From Candidatus Obscuribacteraceae bacterium (lineage in GTDB: Bacteria > Cyanobacteriota > Vampirovibrionia > Obscuribacterales > Obscuribacteraceae), in contig JBGAHS010000007.1 in the NCBI GenBank assembly GCA_044226015.1, positions 416,001-480,000 on the forward strand: a stretch of DNA of 64,000 nt, read 5' to 3'. A program made the translations under genes and the position numbers. The first letter of the stretch is position 1, and the number at the start of each line of letters is the position of its first letter. This document shows, in pieces, positions 48,825 through 57,894 of this stretch. Under the pieces are notes generated by a model. That model was not told where the DNA came from and ran no database searches. It worked only from the letters and a program-made list of their open reading frames with translations.

Positions 48825-50159
48825 TTACGCTGAATTCTCGAGTAAATTTCGAGTAGGGAGCGCGTTGGAACTGCACTCTTTGTTCAGATTCTTCCACCAG
48901 GAATCTAGCGAACAGCTGCGCAAGATGCGCTTGGAGTGTCTCAAGTTTGTACTATGTTGGTCGTTGGATGTTGCAACTAGGACAGAAAGTGCCTTTGCAA
49001 TATGCTCCGACTGATGCCCGTCAATCGTGAGTACATGCTCTTTCAGTTCGTGCCAGGCCCCAGTTCCTTTCGATAAAACGAGCGCTGCGTGGGGGTTGAC
49101 AGTCGATGCAATAAATTCCTTTGCTGTCAGGTTCAAACCGTCAACCCGAGCATTGATCAACATTGCCTTGGCATGGGCGTACCATGATGCCAACTCTTCC
49201 ATTTCGAGAGGGTCTTCTATCCATCTTATCGGTTCCCAATCAGCAAACGCCAAGTTGCGAGTAATCGATTCATACAGCTCTCTGCATTCTTGCCAGTATT
49301 GGTCGAAAGCTGAAAGACCTGTGCGAGTTTTTTGGCAAAGGAATACAAATTGTATTTTTCCTAACTGCTCTGGATTTTGTGCATAGAATAATTGAATGGC
49401 ATGAAGACGCTCCAAAATACCTTTTGAATAGTCTGCTCGATCAACAGAAAGAATGTAAGGAACATCATGTCCGGGCGCGACAGACCGCCTGCCGAGCCTG
49501 TTCCAGCGATGATAATCAATTTGTGCTGGGTTGCTTATCAGCTCAGTAAACTGGGTTGCACTTTGAACGATGACTGCACCCTCTACATAGTGAACTTTGG
49601 CTTCAGGAATAAACTCCTCTACGAAGTTACAGAAGTTTTGCACGTATTGTTGGGTGTGGAAGCCAACTCTATCATTGTGCAAGATTCCCTGGGCAATTTG
49701 TATCAAAGGCTCTGCCATTGATTGCAAGCATGTTGTTGGCCAGGGAATATGCCAGAAATGGGTCAGTTTGGCTGGACGGTTTTTCAGGAACGCTGGCAGT
49801 ATTGCAAATTGATAGTCGTTTGTGAAAACATGTTCGCTATCACTCATTTCAGCCTTCAAATTGACTGCTAGAGCCAGGTTCATTGAGACATAAGCGTCGT
49901 GTGCCCTTTTGTCATATTGAACAAGATCAAATCGCTCGTGCATCAACGGCCACAAAAATTCATTTGCATATTTGTAATGACCATCCACGACTTCAGCTGA
50001 AATACTTGCACTAGTCTTAGCTTGCTTATTCTCACGAACTTGAAGCAGATTCCGATTGATGTGCCACCACTTTGTTTTGCTTTCACCTTTAAGACCGTGC
50101 TGAATCAGCTTCGATACGCCTCCAGCCTGTGATGGTCCTCTGTAGGAAACAATATGCAT
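48825..50159 (-). CDS. otsA: Trehalose-6-phosphate synthase (GT20)
   Basis: AGG, YANEFLWPLMH, DYQ, FWHIPWP, GFHT, VDRADYSKG, DGLNLTAKEF. Confidence 0.85.
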   Translation of the reverse strand: MHIVSYRGPSQAGGVSKLIQHGLKGESKTKWWHINRNLLQVRENKQAKTSASISAEVVDGHYKYANEFLWPLMHERFDLVQYDKRAHDAYVSMNLALAVNLKAEMSDSEHVFTNDYQFAILPAFLKNRPAKLTHFWHIPWPTTCLQSMAEPLIQIAQGILHNDRVGFHTQQYVQNFCNFVEEFIPEAKVHYVEGAVIVQSATQFTELISNPAQIDYHRWNRLGRRSVAPGHDVPYILSVDRADYSKGILERLHAIQLFYAQNPEQLGKIQFVFLCQKTRTGLSAFDQYWQECRELYESITRNLAFADWEPIRWIEDPLEMEELASWYAHAKAMLINARVDGLNLTAKEFIASTVNPHAALVLSKGTGAWHELKEHVLTIDGHQSEHIAKALSVLVATSNDQHSTNLRHSKRILRSCSLDSWWKNLNKECSSNALPTRNLLENSA

Positions 50160-50262
50160 AATCTCTCCTCAGCATTTCTTGACTCGATGATTTGAGATTA
50201 GCTGTTCGATTCTTTCGGATCTCTTTCAGCGAAATGAATCGCTGGAGTGCTAAATTGAATAT

Positions 50263-50922
50263 ATGAAGTTACTTTTGATTGAAGACGACAATCAAGTCGC
50301 GGATGCCTTATTGCTGGCTCTCAGAGCCAGCGATTACCTTGTAGACCGGGTTGCCGATGGATCCAGCGCAGAGATATTTGCGTCGACCAATCCCTACGAC
50401 GCTTTTATTTTAGACCTTGGTCTACCTGATATGAATGGCCTCGATTTCTTAAAACGTATCAGGCGAAAGAATATATCGACTCCAGTCCTCATTCTCACAG
50501 CAAAAGACAGTTACGAAGAGCGCATTGAAGGACTAAACTCTGGCGCAAATGATTATGTCGTTAAGCCGTTCCATTTTGGTGAGCTCGAAGCCAGAATACG
50601 TGCTATTTTGCGCACGACATGCAACAACGCGACTCACATAAATGTCGGTGAACTTGTGTTTGATACCGTAGGTAGAGTGCTACGCCGAGGAGAGCACTTA
50701 ATTGATTTGTCTCCTCGTGAGCTCTCTGTCCTGGAAATATTGCTTTTGAATTTGGGAAATCTGGTGACGAAACAGCGCTTGTCGTCGCAATTGAGCGATT
50801 GGGATGAGCCTGTCACCTACAACGCTATAGATATTATTGTGTATCGCCTGCGCAAGAAATTAGAACCGTATGGACTCAGACTTCAGACAATTCGGGGGTT
50901 GGGTTTTCTTGCAGAGCAATGA
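50263..50922 (+). CDS. OmpR-family response regulator (QseB/TctD-like)
   Basis: LLIEDD, LDLGLPDMNG, LILTA, GANDYVVKPF, winged-helix RLRKKL...TIRGLG. Confidence 0.93.
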   Translation: MKLLLIEDDNQVADALLLALRASDYLVDRVADGSSAEIFASTNPYDAFILDLGLPDMNGLDFLKRIRRKNISTPVLILTAKDSYEERIEGLNSGANDYVVKPFHFGELEARIRAILRTTCNNATHINVGELVFDTVGRVLRRGEHLIDLSPRELSVLEILLLNLGNLVTKQRLSSQLSDWDEPVTYNAIDIIVYRLRKKLEPYGLRLQTIRGLGFLAEQ

Positions 50923-52369
50923 TAATAAAAACAAACACGGCGTTGAGTCGCCAATTCTCCGGGGAATTGCGATACGCCATCAGTTACTGCTCTGGGTGCT
51001 TACGCCACTGATCAGTTTATGCTCTCTTTCAACCTTTTTTGCATACAACCTGGCTTCCAAGTATGCGACAGAGTGGCATGATTCTTACCTGTTAAATTCA
51101 GCTGACTCGATAGCCGCAAGGTTGTATAGAAACAATGAGGGAATTGCGTTGGCGGACATTCCGTCAGCTGCTAAAGCAGTTTTGAAGCATAACGGACAAG
51201 ACACGTTCTATTTTCAGATTGTCGATAGCAGCGGTCACAGGCTGATGGGTGACGCAATTTTGCCGTTGCCACAAAATCTAAATGCACAGGGGGCTAGCTT
51301 TAGGTATTTCAAAATGGAGGGGCAGACACTTCGCATGTGTCGTGTTCCTGTGAATCTCGGACCAACGCCAAACGGTATCTGGGTGCAGGTTGCTGAGACC
51401 ACTAATAGTAAACGGCGCTTACTGAATCAAATTCTGTTTAGCATAATGGCTCCGCAAATTGCGCTGGTTGCTCTTGCCAGTTTTTCCGTATGGCTTGGTA
51501 TCAAATATGGTTTGCGGCCTTTAACACAGTTAGGTGTTCGAATCAAATCGAAAAAGCCCTTCGATTTGACGCCAGTTGACATAGGTGCACCGCCGGCAGA
51601 ATTGCAACCTGTCGTAGAGGAGCTAAATTCCCTGCTAGTTGCTACAGGAAAATTTGTGACTGCTCAGAGGCAATTCACCGGCAACGCTGCCCATCAGTTA
51701 CGCACGCCGATTACTGCGCTAATAACCTACGTTGAATGCGCTGAAAAGCTCAATAAAGACCCAGAGGTCGCAGCTGTTCTTGCGCACATTGCTTCTGTCG
51801 CAGATAGAACAAGCCACATTGTAGGGCGGCTCTTGGCGCTGGCTCGGTCCGAGGGGAAAATGCTAAACATTGAACCTGTAGATCTGGTCGAATTGGTAAC
51901 AGATGTTGCTCAAATCCTGGTTCCTCAGGGAATCAAGAAGAATCTGGAAATATCCTTTGAGATGCCGAATGATGGTGTGTCGGTTATGGCAAATCGCGGC
52001 GATCTGGAGGAACTGCTCTTTAATCTACTGGAGAACGCCATCACGTATACGCCCTCAGGCGGTGCTGTGTGTCTGGAAATTCGGCAGGAGAAAGGAGAAG
52101 TTGTTTTGAGCATAGAAGACTCTGGTCCTGGCATTCCTAATTCGGAAAAAGAGAAGATTTTTGAGCGCTTCTACCGTATGCCTGGTGTGTCTTCTACCGG
52201 ATGTGGGCTTGGCTTGTCCATAGTTTACGAGGTCGCCAAAACTCTTAACACAGAAGTCAGAGTATCTGATAGCTCCAAGGGTGGTGCGTGTTTTACCGTG
52301 AGTTTTCCATCTGTAGAAATGAAAATTGATCCAAAGCCTGAGGTCGTTGCCAGTCCTCTTTCTGTATAG
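50909..52369 (+). CDS. Membrane sensor histidine kinase (TctE/QseC-like)
   Basis: Two TMs, H-box NAAHQLRTP, NLLENAITY, DSGPG, FERFYR, GCGLGL. TTG start overlapping the regulator 3' end is inferred. Confidence 0.92.
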   Translation: MQSNDNKNKHGVESPILRGIAIRHQLLLWVLTPLISLCSLSTFFAYNLASKYATEWHDSYLLNSADSIAARLYRNNEGIALADIPSAAKAVLKHNGQDTFYFQIVDSSGHRLMGDAILPLPQNLNAQGASFRYFKMEGQTLRMCRVPVNLGPTPNGIWVQVAETTNSKRRLLNQILFSIMAPQIALVALASFSVWLGIKYGLRPLTQLGVRIKSKKPFDLTPVDIGAPPAELQPVVEELNSLLVATGKFVTAQRQFTGNAAHQLRTPITALITYVECAEKLNKDPEVAAVLAHIASVADRTSHIVGRLLALARSEGKMLNIEPVDLVELVTDVAQILVPQGIKKNLEISFEMPNDGVSVMANRGDLEELLFNLLENAITYTPSGGAVCLEIRQEKGEVVLSIEDSGPGIPNSEKEKIFERFYRMPGVSSTGCGLGLSIVYEVAKTLNTEVRVSDSSKGGACFTVSFPSVEMKIDPKPEVVASPLSV

Positions 52370-52622
52370 TGAATAAAGACAAAGCCCATGTCTTCAATGT
52401 ATTGAAGTGGTGGCGCGATTGCTAGTATTTTTCTCAACTTGTCTCAGGCAAGTCGTCCTGTGTTTTCTTATCATAAATGCAGCAGTGCCTTCGCAGTTTA
52501 TTGCAGCGACCTGGAAACTAAGAGTTTCTCCAAAAGAAAAACGGTCTGACTTTGTTAGTGTGTGTCTAACTCAATCGAGACCATTTTTTAGATCAATTTT
52601 GTTTAGGAGATTTAGTATGTGA

Positions 52623-54029
52623 TTACTTCTGTCCAATCGTTCGTGTTACGTTAGCGAAAGTTTTCAGTTCGGTTAGCTTGGTGTTTGTTGTACCAAATGC
52701 ACCTGTGGTGCCATCGAACTTATGTTTCATGTTGTAGAGTTCATCTCTGATTTCGCCCTGTGTTTGGTTTAAGAGCCATGAGCCCCAGGACACTTCATTC
52801 ACTGTTGCGCCCTCAGCAATCAGCTTAAATGCTCTTGCTGGGTTGCGGTTCCATCTGTATCCGGCTCTTGCAACCATAGTTCCCCATGCAATCTGAGGAC
52901 CGCCTTCGATGGCATAAGCAACGAAATCTTCGATTGCCTGGCTCTTATTGCGTTTTTTCTCTTGAGCCAAATAGTCCTGTCTTTCGGCTAGAAGATCACT
53001 TAATTGACGGTAGGAAGAAACTCTAGCTGCAGTCGTGGTTGAAGCTGCATCAATTCTTACTGTAGCTAGCTTGTCGACGTCTTCTTTCAGTTGAGATGCC
53101 ATCTTACATTCGAGGGCACCTAGTGTTTTCGAAAGATTTTTTTGCGTCCAGGCTCCGCCCAATTGAGCACCGCCATGTATTAGTAAAGGAGCACCAGCTA
53201 AGGTGGCGCCTGATACAAGGAAGCCTATGCCACCACCACCAATCATTTTGAGGTTAACTTCCTGAATTCCTCTGATTACTCCGAGAGCGCCAGGAAATGC
53301 ACCGGTAGCGCAAACAGCTATGGTTCCCAATGTTGTAACGTCACGCTTGATGCGCTTCTTTCTTGCGTCCACGTAGAGCTTGCTGAACTCCAGCAAGACC
53401 AGGTCTCTGCAGTCTTGCAGAACTTTGTTCTCTTGTGCCAGCAATGTGCGTTCTGAATCGTTCAGGCTGCTGTCGCTGGAAAGGGCAGCTTTTCTGGCTG
53501 ACAGAGCCTGGTCGATTTCAGCTTTTAGATCTTCCGCTCTCTTCAACACATTCTTTGAGTCGAAGCCTTTGCGTTTGGCAAGGTAATCGTTGAAAAGGTC
53601 ATGAGCACCTTCTGCTGCGTACAAGCCACCCAAAGTAAGATATGCCACCATAACGGTGATAACGCCAGACTCAAGGCTGCCTTTATGTTTGAGTCCGCCA
53701 CCGACGTTGCGATAGTAATTCCAGAAATGGCTCATGATAGTAATGTCGCCAGCATTAGCGATTCCGCCAGCGGCCATCTGGTAAAATTTGACCCTTCTAT
53801 TACGCCACTTGTTGGGCTGCATGTAATGTGTTCTGAAGTCAGAGTTCAATGCAGCCAGCTCAATCTCTTTTTGAACTGTCTTCATTGCCAGTTCATCCAT
53901 TGAAACGTTGCCGCGTAGTACCGGTGTCTCCTCACTCAAAGCTGGAGTGATTGATACTGCATTTAACAAGGACATACTAAGTAATAACGAAAGTGCCGCT
54001 TTCTGCTTTATTTTCCAAATAGATCTCAT
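52623..54029 (-). CDS. Hypothetical exported protein with helical and Gly-rich hydrophobic segments
   Basis: Signal peptide. Coiled-coil stretches alternate with Gly-rich hydrophobic hairpins. Confidence 0.7.
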   Translation of the reverse strand: MRSIWKIKQKAALSLLLSMSLLNAVSITPALSEETPVLRGNVSMDELAMKTVQKEIELAALNSDFRTHYMQPNKWRNRRVKFYQMAAGGIANAGDITIMSHFWNYYRNVGGGLKHKGSLESGVITVMVAYLTLGGLYAAEGAHDLFNDYLAKRKGFDSKNVLKRAEDLKAEIDQALSARKAALSSDSSLNDSERTLLAQENKVLQDCRDLVLLEFSKLYVDARKKRIKRDVTTLGTIAVCATGAFPGALGVIRGIQEVNLKMIGGGGIGFLVSGATLAGAPLLIHGGAQLGGAWTQKNLSKTLGALECKMASQLKEDVDKLATVRIDAASTTTAARVSSYRQLSDLLAERQDYLAQEKKRNKSQAIEDFVAYAIEGGPQIAWGTMVARAGYRWNRNPARAFKLIAEGATVNEVSWGSWLLNQTQGEIRDELYNMKHKFDGTTGAFGTTNTKLTELKTFANVTRTIGQK

Positions 54030-54495
54030 TTACCGGTTCCCTTTTTTCGCAGACAAAACGGATTATCGACGGATGGCAGGTTGAGAGTCTTCGGTCATTT
54101 GATTGATAACGCTTAAGTAAGCATTGCTGCGGTTGTCGAGCGGTGGGGCTCTTCTGGACAAAAATGTAGTGATATCATATGTGGTGTCACTAAAGATCAC
54201 GAGATCACAACTGATGCCTATTTCAAGATCTGGGTGCAATCACTTCTAAAATAGGAAAATTAGACCTGTTTATCCCATTTTCGATGCTAGCAACGATCTT
54301 CGAACTCTCGCCTGCGATCTCTAAGCGAACCATTTCGCGCGCGAATAACTGGCCAATTGGTTTGTAATTGAGTTAAAACGTAGTTAAAATCATCCTTTCG
54401 GATGAGTGGAAAGACTCAGAGTACCAATAAGGATTGATCAAACATTTCTGGACATCTGGGATTATTAATGAACGACCCTTATTGGATATCCAAGA

Positions 54496-55284
54496 ATGAA
54501 GACATACGAGAACACCGACAGTTTGCCTGCTGAATATCGCGCTGCGTTGATCGATTTGCTTAGCTTTCAAGCTGACTCTGAGTTTGCTGGAGGTCAGCGT
54601 GTTTCAGAAAACCTTCGCTTTGCTACCCGACCTGAGGAAGCATATCGCTTGACCAAAAAGTTTATGGAGGAGTGCGGTCATGGTTGGTATTGTTGGCAAG
54701 TTCTTGAAGAACTAGGGGTAGACGTGAATGTGCGCGTACAGCATCTCGTGCAAAACCCAGACAATCCATCTCCGAAGGTTGTTCGAATCATCAATGGATT
54801 TCGTAAGGAAAACTGGAGCAAGTTCTTCGATGAGTGGGCTGATGTAGCGATGTTCTCAACTGTTGTTACACCAGCTGCGGTGGCATTCTTAGGACAATAT
54901 CGTGAGTCATCTTATCTCCCGTGGAGAAGAATAAGCGAGAGAATTTGGCAAGAAGAAAAGGGACATCTAGCTTTTGGTGTGTGGGCAGCAAAGCGTGTTA
55001 TCGAATTCGATGGCGACGCTGGTCGGGCTCGCTTGCAAGCTGCGGTGCCTAAATTCATGCAGATGGGTCTCGGCTTTTCCGGAAGACCAGATGATGAAAG
55101 CAAGCACTTCGCAAAATATTTTGAGATGGGACTCAAGCTGAAAGACTCTCGTCAATTGCAAGCTGAATATCTCGAAATCGTATCCAAGCGTCTTGCTGAG
55201 CTTGGTTTGGAAATGCCCAAGGATATTCAACCTGATTACGATATGCGAGTCGGTTATCAGCTAGAAGAAGCTGCTGCAATCTAG
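54496..55284 (+). CDS. PaaA/PaaC-family ferritin-like diiron protein (PaaA-like, probably metal-binding)
   Basis: LPAEYR..L, QADSE, EECGHG, SSYLPW, QEEKGH.AFG (two ExxH motifs). Confidence 0.8.
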   Translation: MKTYENTDSLPAEYRAALIDLLSFQADSEFAGGQRVSENLRFATRPEEAYRLTKKFMEECGHGWYCWQVLEELGVDVNVRVQHLVQNPDNPSPKVVRIINGFRKENWSKFFDEWADVAMFSTVVTPAAVAFLGQYRESSYLPWRRISERIWQEEKGHLAFGVWAAKRVIEFDGDAGRARLQAAVPKFMQMGLGFSGRPDDESKHFAKYFEMGLKLKDSRQLQAEYLEIVSKRLAELGLEMPKDIQPDYDMRVGYQLEEAAAI

Positions 55285-55294
55285 AGAGGAAGTA

Positions 55295-56077
55295 ATGGGA
55301 ACTGTTGATGTCCTGTCGGAGTCTGACCGCGCATTGCTTGCAACAATAGTTGAAGGTAAGTCGGTTACAAATTTGCAGAACAGCTCAAGCAAATATCGGG
55401 AGCTAGTTATCGGCATACTCTTGCAGTATGCCGACTCTGAAATGGCCGGCGGAGTTGGCTTCGCTGGTGCGCTTTCGCTGGCTCCGAGTCTTGCTGAGAA
55501 AACAGCACTTGCTAAGATTGCATACGAGAAGCTTGCTTTGGCTGACAAGACTTATCAGCTAGCAGCACAAACTGGAATTAACATGGACAAGTACATTGCG
55601 TCTCATTGCTGGGACGCAAGGCTTGCCCGAAGCGCATCTCTGGGCTACAAACGTATATCGGCGGACAAGCGTCTTAACGCGCTTCATTTCCCAATTCAAA
55701 GCTGGTCAGATTTAGCGGTATTCACTTATATGATGGCCAGTGTTGCTTGCCTGCAACTAGAAGATTTCTGTTCATCAAGTTTTGAGCCATGGGCAGAGCT
55801 AGCTAGTGCACATTTGCCCGTCGAAAAATCACACAAGGATTTTGGACTAAACGCTTTGAAGAAGGCATCTCACAGCGACTCTGAGCTAGCTGCAATTAAA
55901 TTGTCACTTGCATATTGGTATGATAAAGTTCTGGCTTGTTGTGGTCCACCAGCGTCTGATCGCAACGCGTTGTTTCAAGAGTTCAAACTCAAAGCAAGCA
56001 AGAATGAAGATATCGCAAAACGATGGCAAGCTGAGGTCTCTGCGAGCTTTGCAGAAATGAATGTGACTCTGGGATAA
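55295..56077 (+). CDS. PaaA/PaaC-family ferritin-like protein with degenerate metal site (PaaC-like structural subunit)
   Basis: ADSEMAG, APSL.EK, KRLN.LH.P..SW.D, SSFEPW, EKSH. First ExxH lost. Confidence 0.78.
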   Translation: MGTVDVLSESDRALLATIVEGKSVTNLQNSSSKYRELVIGILLQYADSEMAGGVGFAGALSLAPSLAEKTALAKIAYEKLALADKTYQLAAQTGINMDKYIASHCWDARLARSASLGYKRISADKRLNALHFPIQSWSDLAVFTYMMASVACLQLEDFCSSSFEPWAELASAHLPVEKSHKDFGLNALKKASHSDSELAAIKLSLAYWYDKVLACCGPPASDRNALFQEFKLKASKNEDIAKRWQAEVSASFAEMNVTLG

Positions 56078-56082
56078 GTGCA

Positions 56083-56340
56083 ATGCAGCAGCACGTAGTT
56101 GATCCTGAAATGTGCATTCAGTGCTCTGCCTGTGAAATGGCTTGCCCGCTAAAAGCAATTGCTTGTATTGCGGGGCGGTTTTGCGTGGATTTCGATAAAT
56201 GCAAGGACTGTGCCAAGTGCATCGAAGATTGCCCCACTGGAGCCTGCGATTGTTTCATCGAAGTTGCTAAGCCTCATACCCAAATGGAACAGGCTGAGTG
56301 GACCGCTTTGCCGAGTTCACCTGTGATCAGTTCCGACTAA
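56083..56340 (+). CDS. 2[4Fe-4S] ferredoxin resembling the BoxA N-terminal domain
   Basis: QHVVDPEMCIQCSACEMACP and CKDCAKCIEDCPTGA. Tail P.T..EQ..W..LP. Confidence 0.88.
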   Translation: MQQHVVDPEMCIQCSACEMACPLKAIACIAGRFCVDFDKCKDCAKCIEDCPTGACDCFIEVAKPHTQMEQAEWTALPSSPVISSD

Positions 56341-56420
56341 GTCTGATTGATGATTTGCAATGGGAATGTGACGACGCTTGTGAGCTTCGCCCCCTAACCT
56401 GACCTCAGCTTCATCGAAAA

Positions 56421-57716
56421 TTAATTGCAAAATTGCTCTGCGGTGTGCGCAAATGTTCGCTGCTTTATTTGCGGAAGGTTTCCCTTGTATGCTTCGCCGT
56501 CTTTTAAGACCTCTATCAGCGAACCTTCTCCGAGTAGTTCAGGTTTGTTGATAACGTCACCCTTGCAGATAAGGAGATCTGCTCGTTTGCCCGCAACCAA
56601 CGTTCCTGTGTCGTCCTGTCCTATCTCATCTGCTGCAAGTCCAGTAGATCCATACCAAGCTTTTAATGGCGAAAGACCATCTAAGATGAGGTTTGTAATT
56701 TCCAAATAGTTTTTTCCATGCATTCCTGGAAGAACCGCGTCGGTTCCAGCTAGTATTTTAAGACCACCCTTGGCTGCGTATTGAACTGCTTTGGTGTGCA
56801 CTTCAGCAACTTTTTTCACTTTCTCTCTGACAAATGCTGAAAGGTCGTTGGATTTTTGCAATGCATTGATTACCCATGACGTGGGAGTAACAGTACATTT
56901 TCTTGCGAAGGCTTCTTCGACTAATCGTTCGTCCATAAACGAAATATGCTGTATGTCGTGAACGCCATTGTTGATAGCAAGCGCAATACCGCTTTGGCTA
57001 TGAGCATGCGCTGCCACTTTCAGCCCTCTTGCTGCGGCTTCGTCGCAAATGGCTTTTATTTCTTCTGCGGTGAAATCTTGGTGTTCTAATTTATCTGATG
57101 GAGATGCGACACCAGGGCTGGTGCACAACTTGATGAAATCAGCCCCGCATGCTGCAATCTCTCGCACTCGCTTGCGGCATTCCCAGGGCCCATCCACTAT
57201 GCTAGATGGTCGGCCAGGTCCTTCGATTAGCAATTTTGATAATTGCGCATGGCAGCGATCTGGACCGCGGAAATCAGCATGTCCGCCAGTTGTCGAAAGA
57301 ATGCAGATCGCGATCTTCAATCTCGGTCCAATCATCAATCCTTGATCAACTAATCTCTTCATTGCTAGAGTGGCGCCGCCTATGTCTCTAAGTGTTGTGA
57401 CGCCTCCATTAACCAATGTCGTGTAGAGAATTTTCTCCACGTAGATGAACGAAGCTGGCGCGTTCATCCGGTCTATTTCTGCTTCGCTGAAACCTAAGAT
57501 TGTGATATGACCGTGGCAATCAATTAGACCTGGCGTCACTGTGTATTCTGAACAATCTACAATCGTGTGGGCATCTCCGATTGATTGCTCTTTCTGGTGC
57601 GGAACCATCTTTTCAATCTTGCCGTTTTCAATCCAGAGGTCGACGTTCTTGTGCATGCTCGTCGAAGACTCGGACGTGCCATCGTATAGGCTAGAAATGT
57701 TGGACAAGATAAGCAT
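56421..57716 (-). CDS. Metal-dependent amidohydrolase (Xaa-Pro dipeptidase-like subgroup)
   Basis: TPGLIDCHGH, GVTTLRDIGG, TGGHAD, GADFIK, VAAHAH, AGTDA, GKRADLL. Confidence 0.9.
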   Translation of the reverse strand: MLILSNISSLYDGTSESSTSMHKNVDLWIENGKIEKMVPHQKEQSIGDAHTIVDCSEYTVTPGLIDCHGHITILGFSEAEIDRMNAPASFIYVEKILYTTLVNGGVTTLRDIGGATLAMKRLVDQGLMIGPRLKIAICILSTTGGHADFRGPDRCHAQLSKLLIEGPGRPSSIVDGPWECRKRVREIAACGADFIKLCTSPGVASPSDKLEHQDFTAEEIKAICDEAAARGLKVAAHAHSQSGIALAINNGVHDIQHISFMDERLVEEAFARKCTVTPTSWVINALQKSNDLSAFVREKVKKVAEVHTKAVQYAAKGGLKILAGTDAVLPGMHGKNYLEITNLILDGLSPLKAWYGSTGLAADEIGQDDTGTLVAGKRADLLICKGDVINKPELLGEGSLIEVLKDGEAYKGNLPQIKQRTFAHTAEQFCN

Positions 57717-57894
57717 AGCTAACTCCGTGCAGAAGATTGATTCGGTCGGAACATTATATCAACCGTGCAATATTAAAGCGCCGTCTATCCCCATGAGCTG
57801 ACTGTGGAAAAGCCTGTTGACATCCTTGGGCAGAGAAGTATACTCTTTGTTTGGTTTATTTCCCCCAACGTTTTTACTAACTAGCTTCCCAAAT

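Noticed and set aside
50919..51011. ATGA overlap at the regulator stop suggesting a frameshifted kinase start
   Set aside because: That ATG frame closes after about 30 codons, while the kinase frame is open from an in-frame TTG at 50909, so no frameshift is needed
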